From Gemmatimonadota bacterium (GTDB lineage: Bacteria > Gemmatimonadota > Gemmatimonadetes > JACCXV01 > JAHWKZ01), in the NCBI GenBank assembly GCA_050732935.1, contig JBOHRW010000217.1:398-64397 (forward strand): DNA of 64,000 nucleotides, written 5' to 3'. Of this stretch, positions 1 through 9,557 are shown in pieces. The first letter of the stretch is position 1, and each line of letters opens with the position of its first letter. Below the pieces are notes generated by a model that saw only the letters and a program-made list of their open reading frames with translations, was not told where the DNA came from and made no database searches. The translations under genes were made by a program, and so were the position numbers.

Positions 1-109
1 CTTGAGCGCCGAGAGATAGCCAGGCGTCATCTCGTCCATCGACTCGACCACGAAGCCGTTCGCGATGCGTTCCTTGAGGGCCTCGTCGTGGTTCGCTTCA
101 GGCATGAAT
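1..109 (-). CDS. hypothetical protein, 5' part only (gene continues beyond window start)
   Basis: ATG at 109-107 on minus strand reads MPEANHDEALKERIANGFVVESMDEMTPGYLSALK with no stop before the window edge. It starts 5 nt after the stop of the upstream minus-strand lipoprotein gene. Confidence 0.35.
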
Positions 110-113
110 CACC

Positions 114-614
114 TCACGGCAGAGTCTTCCAGATCTCGGCATACGTTTGTACCCAGCCGGCCCCCGGATGAGCCGGATGCGGCCCGGTCGCCAGATCGAG
201 GTACGCATCGCCCTTGGTCGCGTGAAGCACGTGGGAGGACGGTTCCGCCGCTCCGAGCTGCACCGTCCACCCCGCCTCCTCCAGGGCACCACGGTACCAG
301 CTGAAGACAGTGTCCGGCTCGCTGCGGGCGACGATCGTCACCGTGCTCCACGTGCCGGTCGACCCCCCGCGGGCCGTCGCGGCGACCACCGTGTTCTCGG
401 GCGCGATCGGGAAGTCGGCCGGGAAATCGCGTGGCAGCTCGACCGGCGTGAAGTCGGGCTCCTCGTCGTCGGTGCCTGTCTCGACCGTATCCCTCGACGC
501 GCCAGGGCGATTCTCGCTGGCCGGTCCGGCGTCCGCGGTCCTATCGTCTCGCTCTCCGCCGCAGGCGGAGAGAGAGCAGACCAGACCGAGCGCGGCGACC
601 GCACGCAGGGTCAT
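114..614 (-). CDS. lipoprotein, hypothetical (signal peptide with lipobox LSAC)
   Basis: Internal Met of the 114..1151 minus ORF gives MTLRAVAALGLVCSLSACGGERDD. The long upstream extension of that ORF is Arg/Pro-rich antisense of the DUF488 gene. Confidence 0.5.
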   Translation of the reverse strand: MTLRAVAALGLVCSLSACGGERDDRTADAGPASENRPGASRDTVETGTDDEEPDFTPVELPRDFPADFPIAPENTVVAATARGGSTGTWSTVTIVARSEPDTVFSWYRGALEEAGWTVQLGAAEPSSHVLHATKGDAYLDLATGPHPAHPGAGWVQTYAEIWKTLP

Positions 615-695
615 CGATGCCTCTCGGATGGCGACACGGACACGGAATCGAGGAGAGAGCGTACGGAGAGCCCGGAAGAGCGTCAAGGTGGACGG

Positions 696-1226
696 GTCTG
701 GACGATCGGCCACTCCAGTCAGTCGTTGGCCGACTTCCTGTCCCTCCTGAAGGGTCATCGGATCGAGCGCGTGGCCGACGTCCGGCGCTATCCGGCCTCG
801 CGACGGCACCCTCATTTCGACTCCGAGGCGCTGCAAACGGCGCTCGAAACGCACGGGATGTTTTACCGATGGTTCGAGGACCTGGGAGGGCGACGGAGCG
901 GGTCGGGTTCCGGCTCGCCGAACGAGGGAATCGAGAACGCGGGGTTCCGCGGCTACACCGATTACATGCGGACCCCACGATTCACTCACGCCTTCGAGGC
1001 CCTGGACAATGTGCTCGACCTCGGACGCACCGCACTCATGTGCGCGGAGGCTCTGTGGTGGAAATGTCATCGGCGTCTCCTGAGCGATCTCCTGGTACAC
1101 CGCGGGACGACGGTGATCCACATCCTCCCGGACGGTCGCACCGCCCGACATGAGGTCTGGGATCTCGCGCGTCCTACCCCGGACGGGTTAGTCTATCCCC
1201 CCATCCAATCCGGGCTCGAGATCTGA
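696..1226 (+). CDS. DUF488 family protein (start codon uncertain)
   Basis: VWTIGHSSQSLADFLSLLKGHRIERVADVRRYPASRRHPHFDSEALQTALETHGMFYRWFEDLGGRR matches the DUF488 N-terminal consensus (TIGHS...DVR..P.SR). No canonical start codon lies near the conserved N-terminus, so an indel or an unusual start is possible. Confidence 0.55.
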   Translation, partial: VWTIGHSSQSLADFLSLLKGHRIERVADVRRYPASRRHPHFDSEALQTALETHGMFYRWFEDLGGRRSGSGSGSPNEGIENAGFRGYTDYMRTPRFTHAFEALDNVLDLGRTALMCAEALWWKCHRRLLSDLLVHRGTTVIHILPDGRTARHEVWDLARPTPDGLVYPPIQSGLEI

Positions 1227-1254
1227 CGGCGCCGCGTCGCGAACGAGGCGGGAG

Positions 1255-1860
1255 ATGACGATGAGGGAGCTTGCAACCGGCGTTCACGGCTGGAGCGTAC
1301 ACTCCGAGCGTCTGGGATACGACCTGAACGGCTTCGCCTGGCGGGCCGACGGTCAGACCGTCGTCGTCGACCCACCGGAGCTCATCCCGGCCGCCGAGTC
1401 CTTTTTCGACAAAGTCGGCTGGCCTGGCCTCATCGTCGTCACCAACCGGACCCATTGGCGGGCCACCGACCAGCTCCGGGAGCGATCGGGAACAACGGTC
1501 GCCATGAGCGCCGTGGATGCGGACGCCGTGGAAGGGAAGGTAGACCGGATCCTGACACCGGACGAGGTTCTGCCCGGCGGCTGGCGCGTGCTCGACATGG
1601 CCGGCAAGACCCTCGGAGAGATCGGGCTGTTCAGGGAGGCGGGAGGAGGGGTCCTGCTCCTGGGAGACAGCCTGATCGGCGACCCGCCCGGCCGGCTGCG
1701 GCTCCTCCCAGACGCGAAGATCGACGACCGGAACCTGCTTCTCGCCTCGCTGTCCCGGATCGCGGCGCTCCAATTCGACGTCCTTCTCCTGGGTGACGGG
1801 AAGCCCGTCCTGAGCGACGCGGCCGACCGCGTGCGGGCTTTCCTGCGGTCGCTCCAGTGA
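1255..1860 (+). CDS. MBL-fold metallo-hydrolase-like protein
   Basis: 201 aa, clean ORF. Its topology and length fit the metallo-beta-lactamase fold (VVVDPP...LIVVTNRTHW...LLLGD), although the canonical HxHxDH motif is degenerate. Confidence 0.55.
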   Translation: MTMRELATGVHGWSVHSERLGYDLNGFAWRADGQTVVVDPPELIPAAESFFDKVGWPGLIVVTNRTHWRATDQLRERSGTTVAMSAVDADAVEGKVDRILTPDEVLPGGWRVLDMAGKTLGEIGLFREAGGGVLLLGDSLIGDPPGRLRLLPDAKIDDRNLLLASLSRIAALQFDVLLLGDGKPVLSDAADRVRAFLRSLQ

Positions 1861-1885
1861 CCCGGATTCCGGACGCTGACCCGTA

Positions 1886-2863
1886 GTGTCAGCCGGTCTC
1901 CAGATCCTGTTCGTCATCGACCCTCTCGAGGCCCTGATCCTCGAGACCGAGACGTCGCTCCTTCTGATGAGCGAGGCCGCGCGCCGCGGTCACGCGCCCT
2001 GGATCACCTATCTGCGGGAGCTCTACCTGCAGGACTCGATGGCCCGCACGCGGGCGCGGCCGATTGCCATCGACGAGAGCGTCCGTCCGTTCTATCGCCT
2101 GGGACTCGCCGAGGATCGCGCGGTCGACTCGTTCGACGTCGTGCTCATGCGCAAGGATCCGCCCGTCGACGTGGACTACCACAACGCGCTGGCGATCCTC
2201 GCGCGGGCGAGGGAGCGGGTGCCGGTCCTCAACGATCCAGTCGGAATGTGCCGGAGCAACGAGAAGCTCCTGCCCCTCGAGATTCCCGGCGCCGCTCCGC
2301 CTTCGGTGGTCACCGCCGATCCGGAGGTCGCCGCCGCGTTCGTCCGTGAGCACGGAGACGTGGTAGTTAAGCCGCTCAATGAGTACAGCGGTCATGGCAT
2401 CCGAAGGGTGCGCGTTCCGGAGAGCGCCTTCGACTCCGGCATTCTCGAGTCGCTGGCCGCTCAACCGGGCCGCCATGTGCTTCTCCAGCGCTTCCTCTCC
2501 GAGGTGGCGAAGGGAGACAAGCGGGTCCTGGTCCTCGATGGGGAGGCCCTGGGCTGGGTCAACCGGATCCCTCGCCCGGGGTCCTTCTACGCCAACATCC
2601 ACCAGGGCGCGGTGGTGGAGGCGACGGACCTGACCGAGCGCGAGCGGGAGCTCATCAGGGGCGCCGCTCCCCTGATGGCGGAGCGCGGTCTGGAGATGAC
2701 CGGGTTCGACTTCATCGGGGGCTGGCTCACGGAGATCAACTTCACGAGCCCCTCGGCCCTCCGGCAGATCGACCAGGTGATGAAGAACCGTCTCGAGACG
2801 CGGGTCGTCGACTATCTGGAGCGCCGCGCCGCGGAAGGCGTTCGGCGGACCCTGCCCGTTTGA
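1886..2863 (+). CDS. gshB: glutathione synthetase (prokaryotic ATP-grasp type)
   Basis: Contains the motifs LMRKDPP, CRSNEKL, VVKPLNEYSGHGI, KGDKRVLVLDGE and LTEINFTSPS, which are diagnostic of bacterial GshB. Confidence 0.85.
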   Translation: MSAGLQILFVIDPLEALILETETSLLLMSEAARRGHAPWITYLRELYLQDSMARTRARPIAIDESVRPFYRLGLAEDRAVDSFDVVLMRKDPPVDVDYHNALAILARARERVPVLNDPVGMCRSNEKLLPLEIPGAAPPSVVTADPEVAAAFVREHGDVVVKPLNEYSGHGIRRVRVPESAFDSGILESLAAQPGRHVLLQRFLSEVAKGDKRVLVLDGEALGWVNRIPRPGSFYANIHQGAVVEATDLTERERELIRGAAPLMAERGLEMTGFDFIGGWLTEINFTSPSALRQIDQVMKNRLETRVVDYLERRAAEGVRRTLPV

Positions 2864-2961
2864 GAATCCACTGGCCGCTGGCCGCGCGATGGAGAGGGGG
2901 CACCAAGGTGGAAGGACGCCAGCGAGAAGGCGAACCAGAGATAGAAACCCACCATAAAGAA

Positions 2962-2991
2962 GGGGGCGTCCGGATCGAACCGGACGCCCCC
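2962..2991 (-). terminator. rho-independent terminator-like hairpin downstream of minus-strand OMP gene
   Basis: Perfect 12-bp inverted repeat GGGGGCGTCCGG-ATCGAA-CCGGACGCCCCC. On the minus strand it is followed by TTCTTTATGG (T-rich), and it lies 23 nt after the stop of the 3014..3577 gene. Confidence 0.5.
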
Positions 2992-3013
2992 GGCACACTC
3001 AGCTCAGGCGCGA

Positions 3014-3577
3014 TCAGAAGATGAAGGAGATCCCGCCCGAGAACTCCAGGTTGTTCGTGGCCTCGCTGTCGTCCTCTCCGCTCTCCACGAAAATGATGTT
3101 GTCGCGGACCTCGCCGCGCAGCGCCCAGGTGGCCGTGCTCGGCGCGCCGTTGTACCACTTCACGCCGCCGCCCACCGGAATGAGGAGGTTCGTCTCGCTG
3201 TCCTCGATAGGCTCGGGCACGTCTGACACCTTGATCGTTGCCGCTCCCACTCCCGTGCCAACAAAGAATCGGGCCGGACCCGACGCAGGGAACATGTACT
3301 CGAGACCTATGCTGTAGAGATACATGTTCACGTCGAAGTCATCGCCCTCGAAGTCGGCGTTGGAAGGGATCCAGTCGAAGTTGCCGCCCCACGCTACGCC
3401 GTTGGCGTACTGGAGCATCATCCGGGCGCCGAGGATACCGTCCGTGTCATCCACGTTGTCAGCGCTGAAGGCACCGCCGTGGAGGTTCAGCTCGTACCAG
3501 TTCTGAGCCCGTGCAGGTTCCGCCGTGAGCAGAGCGACCAGCAGCCCCAGGGCCGCGACCAACGATAGCCGGTACAT
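3014..3577 (-). CDS. outer-membrane beta-barrel protein (paralog family 1 of 4)
   Basis: Signal peptide MYRLSLVAALGLLVALLTAEPARAQ. Alternating amphipathic strands. C-terminal ...NLEFSGGISFIF with a terminal Phe typical of OMP barrels. Homologous to the 3750, 5463 and 16710 genes (NLHGGA..., WA.R.D.RDNII...). Confidence 0.7.
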   Translation of the reverse strand: MYRLSLVAALGLLVALLTAEPARAQNWYELNLHGGAFSADNVDDTDGILGARMMLQYANGVAWGGNFDWIPSNADFEGDDFDVNMYLYSIGLEYMFPASGPARFFVGTGVGAATIKVSDVPEPIEDSETNLLIPVGGGVKWYNGAPSTATWALRGEVRDNIIFVESGEDDSEATNNLEFSGGISFIF

Positions 3578-3749
3578 CGGATCACCTCTCCGTTGAGGTC
3601 CATGATGACGAACTCGTGGATGCGTACCCGGCTCTCGACGGCCGTGTTCCGACCATCTCAGTAGTAATTATTGTCGGATCTGGTCGGATGAGGTCCATGC
3701 TACTAACGGGTGTCGTTTCCTGAGCGTAAACCACTCTTGGAAAGGGCCT

Positions 3750-4391
3750 CTAGCTACCGAAGAAGAAGGATATCCCACCCGAGAGCTCGAGGTTGTGGGT
3801 AGCCTCCGGATCGACGTCGCCCTCGTCCACATCGAAGCGGTCGCGCCAGATGATGTTGTCGCGAAAATCGGCGCGGAACGCCCAGCTCTGGCGGGTCGTC
3901 CGGCTGAACCACTTGAGGCCGACGACGAGCGGCACGAGGAAGTCCGTCTCGCTGTCGTCGATACCCGGCGGCGCGTCCTCGAGGCTGATCGTCGCGGCTC
4001 CGACGCCGCCCCCCACGAAGAGGTGGAGGCGGTTCGGCGACGGAAACGTGTAATCCACCTCGGCGCTATACAGGAACACGTTGATGTCGAGATCCTCGTC
4101 CTCCGCCGAAGAGCCCAGGTCGATCTGCGCGGCGGGGATCCAGTCCAGGTTCGCACCGAACCCCCATCCTGGAGCCGTGTTGTAGAGGAAGCGCAGGCCG
4201 ACCATCCCGTCGGTGTCGTCGGTCTCCCCGAGTGAGCTCGCGAACTCGTCGTCGAGAAATAGCGCTCCGCCATGGAGGTTGAACTCGTAGTTGTTGTCGT
4301 GGTAGTGGGAAGCCGGGGACTGGGCCTGGATGGTGGGTGCCGTGAGCCCGAGCGCGAGCAGCGCTCCGAGCACGAAGCCGGCGGTCTTCAT
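3750..4391 (-). CDS. outer-membrane beta-barrel protein (paralog 2)
   Basis: Starts at MKTAGFVLGALLALGLTAPTIQAQ (ATG at 4391). Ends ...NLELSGGISFFFGS. Clear paralog of 3014..3577. Confidence 0.7.
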   Translation of the reverse strand: MKTAGFVLGALLALGLTAPTIQAQSPASHYHDNNYEFNLHGGALFLDDEFASSLGETDDTDGMVGLRFLYNTAPGWGFGANLDWIPAAQIDLGSSAEDEDLDINVFLYSAEVDYTFPSPNRLHLFVGGGVGAATISLEDAPPGIDDSETDFLVPLVVGLKWFSRTTRQSWAFRADFRDNIIWRDRFDVDEGDVDPEATHNLELSGGISFFFGS

Positions 4392-4618
4392 CGATCGCTC
4401 CCTTCGCCTTGGTTTGCGGGATGGAGCCATGTCAGGATTCGAATGCGAACGGTGGGGTGATCGAAAAGATAGGCGCGGCGTTTCCAGGCCGGCAACGCGG
4501 CCCTACCATGCACGGTGTCGCCTCGGGGGTTTCTGACGCCCGGGAACACCCCCAGGCTCTCTGGCGTGTATAATGAATAAGGATGTTCCGGAATTCCCGA
4601 GCGAGGAGGTCGATCTCG

Positions 4619-5338
4619 ATGTTTTCCACAGCTATCTGGTCGCCGGTCCGCGTGTTGGCCCTCGCAGCCGGCCTGCTGCTGGTCGCCGGCCCGGTCCGGG
4701 CACAGGACCGGATCGGACCGGCGTCGTCCCTTCGCGTGGTCGAGCTCGTCGACACGTCGGGCGCGCGTCTCGAACGGACGATCCTCGAACCCATGCTCCC
4801 CGCTGAGGTCCTGCGACTCCAGATCGCGCTCACGCGGGCCGGGTTCGATCCCGGTGTCCGCTCGGGCGTCGTGGATATTGAGACGGAGACCGCCCTCCGG
4901 CAGTTCCAGCTCGCCCGTGGTCTCGAAGCGTGCGGCTGCCCCTCCTACGAGACCGTGCTCGCTCTCGGCGTACCGGTGCAGGTCGTGGGACGGGCCGAGA
5001 TACGCCGGGCATCCGGGGTCCGTGCCGCGGATGGCAGCCCGGTCTACGTCCTGGAAGGCGACGGCTTCGTATCCGGTATCCTGCTCCATGACGGCTTCTT
5101 CTTTCACAGTCACAAGGATCGCTTCCACCGGCCGTTCTTCGGGAGCGGCGTGGTGGTGGGAGGCGAGCCGGCGCTGGGAGCCGGACAGGTGGGGCGGATG
5201 ATTCCGCGCTCGTCGGTCGGTGTCCGGGAGATCGTGCGCCCTGCGCCGTCCGGTCGCGGCGGCACCATTCAGCCGGCGGTTCCCGATGCGGGCGGCGACG
5301 GGGGCTCCCGGCCGCCGAGGCCACAGCCGAATCAATAG
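4619..5338 (+). CDS. secreted protein with peptidoglycan-binding (PG_binding_1-like) domain
   Basis: GGAGG lies 10 nt upstream of ATG 4619. Signal peptide MFSTAIWSPVRVLALAAGLLLVAGPVRAQ. LRLQIALTRAGFDPGVRSGVVDIETETALRQFQLARGLEACG resembles the PGRP/PG_binding_1 helical repeat. An overlapping minus ORF 4388..5335 exists but has no recognisable features. Confidence 0.5.
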   Translation: MFSTAIWSPVRVLALAAGLLLVAGPVRAQDRIGPASSLRVVELVDTSGARLERTILEPMLPAEVLRLQIALTRAGFDPGVRSGVVDIETETALRQFQLARGLEACGCPSYETVLALGVPVQVVGRAEIRRASGVRAADGSPVYVLEGDGFVSGILLHDGFFFHSHKDRFHRPFFGSGVVVGGEPALGAGQVGRMIPRSSVGVREIVRPAPSGRGGTIQPAVPDAGGDGGSRPPRPQPNQ

Positions 5339-5462
5339 AGCGCCGACCGGCGGTTCCGGAGGCAGGCCCCGGATCGGCCGGACACGAGAATTCCCCGGAC
5401 AGACGAAGGCCCCCGCCCGACTCGGACGGGGGCCTTCGATCGTGGCCCGTCTGGCGCTGGCC

Positions 5463-6599
5463 CTATCCGGTCGTGCCGCGCACGCCCTGCTCGACCTGAT
5501 AGGGCTGATACGTATCGGCCGGCGCGCACAGCGGCAGGTAAGCCTCAGTATAGGGCTGACGCGCTTCGACTCGCACGTAGACCGGAACGCCGTCGTACTC
5601 GCCGATCTGGACGAGCTGATCCATCCCGATCGTGGTCGAGGACCCGAACTTCACCCAGTTCCGTCCGTCGACCGAGATCGTCTCGTTGAAGCGGTACCAG
5701 TCGCGCCCGTCCGCGCAGGCCGCCGCCGGCTCCGGCTCCACGACGATCGGGCAGCCTTCGCTGTCGACCTCCTCGCCGAACGGCGTCTCGGGGCACTGGT
5801 CGCGGTCATCGGGAACGCCGTCCCCGTCCGAGTCCACCGGGACCGGGCAGCCGAAGCTGTCGACGGGCGTGCCGAGCGGCGTATTGGGGCATTGGTCGCG
5901 GTCGTCGTAGACACCGTCGCCGTCAGCGTCGGTCGGGGGCGGTGGCGCCGCCGGCCCGCCACCGAAGAAGAAGGAGATCCCGCCCGAGAGCTCCCAGTTG
6001 TTCTTCCACTCTGTATCGTCCTCGAGCGGTGTGGGGTCCACAGCGTCGATGTCGTCGCGCCAGATCAGGTTGTCGCGCGCGTCGATCCGCAGGGCCCAGG
6101 TGGGATCCTCGGCGTCGTTGTGGACCTTGAGCCCGATGCCGACCGGGATGAGGAGATCGGTCTGGCTTTCATCCTCGTCGTTCACACCTACATCCCCGAG
6201 ACGGGTCGTCGCTCCACCCACACCGCCGGAGAGGAAGAAGTTGGTAATTCCCGCAGAAGGGAAGGTGTAGTCAATCGTTCCACTCCACAGGAAAAGACCG
6301 ATATCGATGTCGTCTGGCTCGGGGTTTGTATCTGTCGGTGGCCTCTCGATCTGATCGGCGAAGACCCAATCGCCGTTGACGCCGATCCCCAAGCCGTTCT
6401 CCCAGTGGCGGGCCAGGCGTAGGCCGGCGAGCACGTCGGTGTCCGTGTTGTCCTCGTCATCATCATCGTCGATGCCGAGGTCGTAGGCGAACGCGCCGCC
6501 GTGAACGTTGAATTCCCAATAGTTGTGCTGGGCCTGCGCCGCGTGTGGCGTGAGAAGCGCGACCAGGGCCCCCAACATGAGTGCCCAAGCGTGTCGCAT
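5463..6599 (-). CDS. outer-membrane beta-barrel protein with TSP type-3 (OmpA-like) Ca-binding repeats and an uncharacterised Cys-containing C-terminal domain (paralog 3)
   Basis: Starts at MRHAWALMLGALVALLTPHAAQA. Barrel ends GGISFFFGGG. It is followed by repeats DADGDGVYDDRDQCPNTPLGTPVDSFGCP and DSDGDGVPDDRDQCPETPFGEEVDSEGCP, then CADGRDWYRFNETISVDGRNWVKFG...GEYDGVPVYVRVEARQPYTEAYLPLC. No OmpA_C domain is present. Confidence 0.75.
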   Translation of the reverse strand: MRHAWALMLGALVALLTPHAAQAQHNYWEFNVHGGAFAYDLGIDDDDDEDNTDTDVLAGLRLARHWENGLGIGVNGDWVFADQIERPPTDTNPEPDDIDIGLFLWSGTIDYTFPSAGITNFFLSGGVGGATTRLGDVGVNDEDESQTDLLIPVGIGLKVHNDAEDPTWALRIDARDNLIWRDDIDAVDPTPLEDDTEWKNNWELSGGISFFFGGGPAAPPPPTDADGDGVYDDRDQCPNTPLGTPVDSFGCPVPVDSDGDGVPDDRDQCPETPFGEEVDSEGCPIVVEPEPAAACADGRDWYRFNETISVDGRNWVKFGSSTTIGMDQLVQIGEYDGVPVYVRVEARQPYTEAYLPLCAPADTYQPYQVEQGVRGTTG

Positions 6600-6726
6600 C
6601 GAAAGACTCCTTTGTGTCGGGAGAAGGGGTCCGCGATGGGGCGAAAGCAATATAGGAAGTATCTCGCTACCGGGGAACGGGGTCCGTCAGATGGATGACA
6701 TCGGACCGGTCACCGCCTGCAGGATC

Positions 6727-7626
6727 TCACGGCGAGTCCAGCGGCGTCAGCCACTCGCTCTCGGGCAGCGGTCGCTCACTCCGCAAACCGAGCACTCCCG
6801 AAAGGATGAACAGCCCGCCCAGGATCTGGACGAGTCCGATCCGCTCGTCCAGCACTACGGCTGCGGTCAGGACGGTCACCACGGGCTCGAGCGTGCTGTA
6901 GATCGCCGCCCGTCCGGCTTCGACGCGCTGGAGACCGACCACGAAGAGCGTGATCGGAATCGCGGTGCTCACGATTGCCAGCAGAGAGATCAGCGCGAGC
7001 CCCCGGGCGCCGCCTCCCAGCTCGACATCGCCGGCGACGATCGCAACCGCGAAAAGGATCGCCGCACACGCGGTGGTGATGACGGCCGCGCTCCCGTGGG
7101 CCGGCTCGCGGTCGAGAATCCGGCGGCCGGTCACGATGTACACCGAGAGCGCGGCCATCGAGAGGACCACGAGCACGATCCCGAGGACGCTTCCGCCACG
7201 CAGCGCGCCGCCGGCGGTGAGGGCGCACCCCAGCGTGGCGAGGCCGGTGGCGACGAGACGACGCTTGCCGAGCCCTTCGCCGAGGAAGGCCGCCGCGAGC
7301 AGCACGACCACCACCGGATAGGCGTAGAAGACGAGCGTGGCCGTCGAAGCCGTCACCCACTGGAGGGCGAGCGTGAACAGGAGCGCGTCCATCGAGTAGA
7401 GGCCGCCCAGCCACAGGAGCCGCGGAAGCGACGAGCGGGACGGCAGCGGGCGCCGACGGAGTCCGAGGAGCAGCCAGACCGCCAGCGAGGCGATCGCGAA
7501 CCGCCAGGCGACCAGAGGCAGGGGTCGAACACCGGCCTCCAGCGCGAGCTTGATGAGAACCGAGATGAAGCCGTAGCCGATGGCGGAGGCCACGATGGCC
7601 AGCACGCCGAGCCGATCCGGACGCAT
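6727..7626 (-). CDS. EamA/DMT-family transporter
   Basis: Starts at MRPDRLGVLAIVASAIGYGFISVLIKL. About 10 TM helices arranged as two EamA-like halves. Confidence 0.75.
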   Translation of the reverse strand: MRPDRLGVLAIVASAIGYGFISVLIKLALEAGVRPLPLVAWRFAIASLAVWLLLGLRRRPLPSRSSLPRLLWLGGLYSMDALLFTLALQWVTASTATLVFYAYPVVVVLLAAAFLGEGLGKRRLVATGLATLGCALTAGGALRGGSVLGIVLVVLSMAALSVYIVTGRRILDREPAHGSAAVITTACAAILFAVAIVAGDVELGGGARGLALISLLAIVSTAIPITLFVVGLQRVEAGRAAIYSTLEPVVTVLTAAVVLDERIGLVQILGGLFILSGVLGLRSERPLPESEWLTPLDSP

Positions 7627-7678
7627 GGCACGGCAATCTACGGGCGTGTGTAAAGGACCGCGATTAGGATAGTGGTCG

Positions 7679-8359
7679 ATGGAGATCGACCTCGAGCCTC
7701 GTGGCGACTTGGCCCTCGCGGATTCGGTCAAGCCGTACTTCCGCCACTTCCTCGTCTGCACGGGGACGACCAAGTGGCCGCCCAGGATCGAGGAGGCGGA
7801 GGGGCTCTTGGGACGGATGGCGCGGGATGTCCGGGCGCTCCGCGACCTCGTCGGGACGCCCCCCAAGCTGACCGCTACCGACGAGCCCAGCGAAGAGCAC
7901 GGTTTCGACCTGCTCGTCTATCCCGATGCGATCCGCTACCACGGCGTGGACGAGAGGGCCTGGCCCGTCATCCTGCGGGAGCACGTCGAGGGTGGGGCGG
8001 TCGCCCGAGGCGTCCGGACCTCGTCCCTCCAGCGGCGGGCGGTGCTCGTATGCGTTCACGGCGCCCGCGACGAGCGCTGCGGATGCCGCGGCCCGGCGAT
8101 CCTCCGCGAGCTGCGCGAGGCCGGCGCAGCCAAGGAACTGGACGTCGCCGTCCACGCCACGAGCCATGTCGGCGGGCACAAGTACGCCGCCAACGTAATC
8201 GTCTATCCGGAGGGGGTCTGGTACGGAACGGTGCGGCCCGAGGACGTTCCGATGATCGTCCGCGATCATCTCGTGGAGAACCGCTGGGTCGCGCCGCTCC
8301 TGCGCGGCCGCATGGCCGCCGGACGGTCCCGGACTCCGACCCGGGATAGCTCCGCGTGA
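7679..8359 (+). CDS. Sucrase/ferredoxin-like (thioredoxin-like [2Fe-2S] ferredoxin) family protein
   Basis: FLVCTGTTKW...VLVCVHGARDERCGCRGPAI Cys pattern is typical of the Suc_Fer-like family. Confidence 0.65.
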   Translation: MEIDLEPRGDLALADSVKPYFRHFLVCTGTTKWPPRIEEAEGLLGRMARDVRALRDLVGTPPKLTATDEPSEEHGFDLLVYPDAIRYHGVDERAWPVILREHVEGGAVARGVRTSSLQRRAVLVCVHGARDERCGCRGPAILRELREAGAAKELDVAVHATSHVGGHKYAANVIVYPEGVWYGTVRPEDVPMIVRDHLVENRWVAPLLRGRMAAGRSRTPTRDSSA

Positions 8360-9501
8360 GCGGGCCGCTCACCGTGCTCTCGGACGAGGAGACCCTCTTC
8401 GCCGAGACCGTGCGCCGCTTCGCCGAAGAGCAGATCCGTCCGCGGGTCGCCGCCATGGACGAGGCCGGCAGGCTCGATCCCGAGATCGTCGCGCCGTGCT
8501 TCGATCTCGGGCTCATGGGCGTGGAGATTCCCGAAGAGCACGGCGGAGCTGGGGCATCCTTCATGGTGGCCTGCCTGGCGGTGGAGGAGCTTTCGCGCGT
8601 CGACCCGTCCGTGGGTGTGTTCGTGGACGTCCAGAACACCCTCTTCAACAACTGCCTCTTGCGGTGGGGAACCGACGAGCAGATCGCCCACTATGCCCCG
8701 CGGATGGCCGCCGACACGGTGGGGGCCTACGCGCTCAGCGAAGCGTCCAGCGGCTCGGACGCCTTCGCCCTCAAGACCCGCGCCGAGAAGCGGGGCGATC
8801 GCTACGTCCTGAACGGCTCCAAGCTGTGGATCACCAACGGCGCCGAAGCGGAGGTCTACGTCCTGTTCGCCACCGTCGATCCCGACGCCGGATACAAGGG
8901 AATCACCGCCTTTTTCGTCGAGCGCGACTTCCCGGGCTTCATGGTGGGCAAGAAGGAGGACAAGCTCGGCATCCGGGCGTCGTCGACGACGGAGCTCCTG
9001 CTGGAGGAGTGCGAGGTACCGGAGGAGAACGTCCTCGGTGAGGTCGGCAAGGGCTACCGCGTCGCGATCGAGACCTTGAACGAGGGCCGGATCGGGATCG
9101 GGGCCCAGATGGTGGGATGCGCGAGGGGGGGGCTCGAGGCGTCCCTCGCGTACAGCCAGGAGCGGGAGGCCTTCGGCCGGCCGATCTTCGATTTCCAGGG
9201 CGTTCAGTTCGAGCTCGCCCGGATGGCCACCGAGCTCGAGGCGGCGCGACTCATGGTCTACAACGCGGCCCGGCTCAAGGACGCCGGACGGCCCTTCCTC
9301 AAGGAGGCGGCGATGGCCAAGCTGTTCTCCTCGCAGGTCGCGGAGCGGGTCACCGGCGCCGCCGTCGAGATCTTCGGCGGCTACGGCTACACCCGCGACT
9401 ATCCGGTCGAGAAGCTCTATCGCGACGCGAAGATCGGGAAGATCTACGAGGGCACCTCGAACATGCAGCTCGCCACGATCGCCAAGGCGCTCGCAGGTTG
9501 A
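8356..9501 (+). CDS. acyl-CoA dehydrogenase (short/branched-chain type)
   Basis: GTG start overlaps the previous stop (GTGA). Carries the ACAD N/M/C domain signatures (YALSEASSGSDAFALKT, LNGSKLWITNG, YEGTSNMQLATIAKAL). Confidence 0.9.
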   Translation: MSGPLTVLSDEETLFAETVRRFAEEQIRPRVAAMDEAGRLDPEIVAPCFDLGLMGVEIPEEHGGAGASFMVACLAVEELSRVDPSVGVFVDVQNTLFNNCLLRWGTDEQIAHYAPRMAADTVGAYALSEASSGSDAFALKTRAEKRGDRYVLNGSKLWITNGAEAEVYVLFATVDPDAGYKGITAFFVERDFPGFMVGKKEDKLGIRASSTTELLLEECEVPEENVLGEVGKGYRVAIETLNEGRIGIGAQMVGCARGGLEASLAYSQEREAFGRPIFDFQGVQFELARMATELEAARLMVYNAARLKDAGRPFLKEAAMAKLFSSQVAERVTGAAVEIFGGYGYTRDYPVEKLYRDAKIGKIYEGTSNMQLATIAKALAG

Positions 9502-9557
9502 GCGCGGGTCCGAACCCGCCGACCCGGTCGGTAACGATCTCCCTGGCACCCGGCCGG

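Noticed and set aside
4388-5335. 315-aa minus-strand ORF overlapping the PG-binding-domain gene
   Set aside because: No signal, motif or RBS. The plus-strand gene has GGAGG + ATG, a signal peptide and a PG_binding_1-like segment. Kept as an uncertainty only.
6523-7653. 376-aa plus-strand ORF
   Set aside because: Antisense to the EamA transporter. Translation is Arg/Asp/Glu-rich low complexity.
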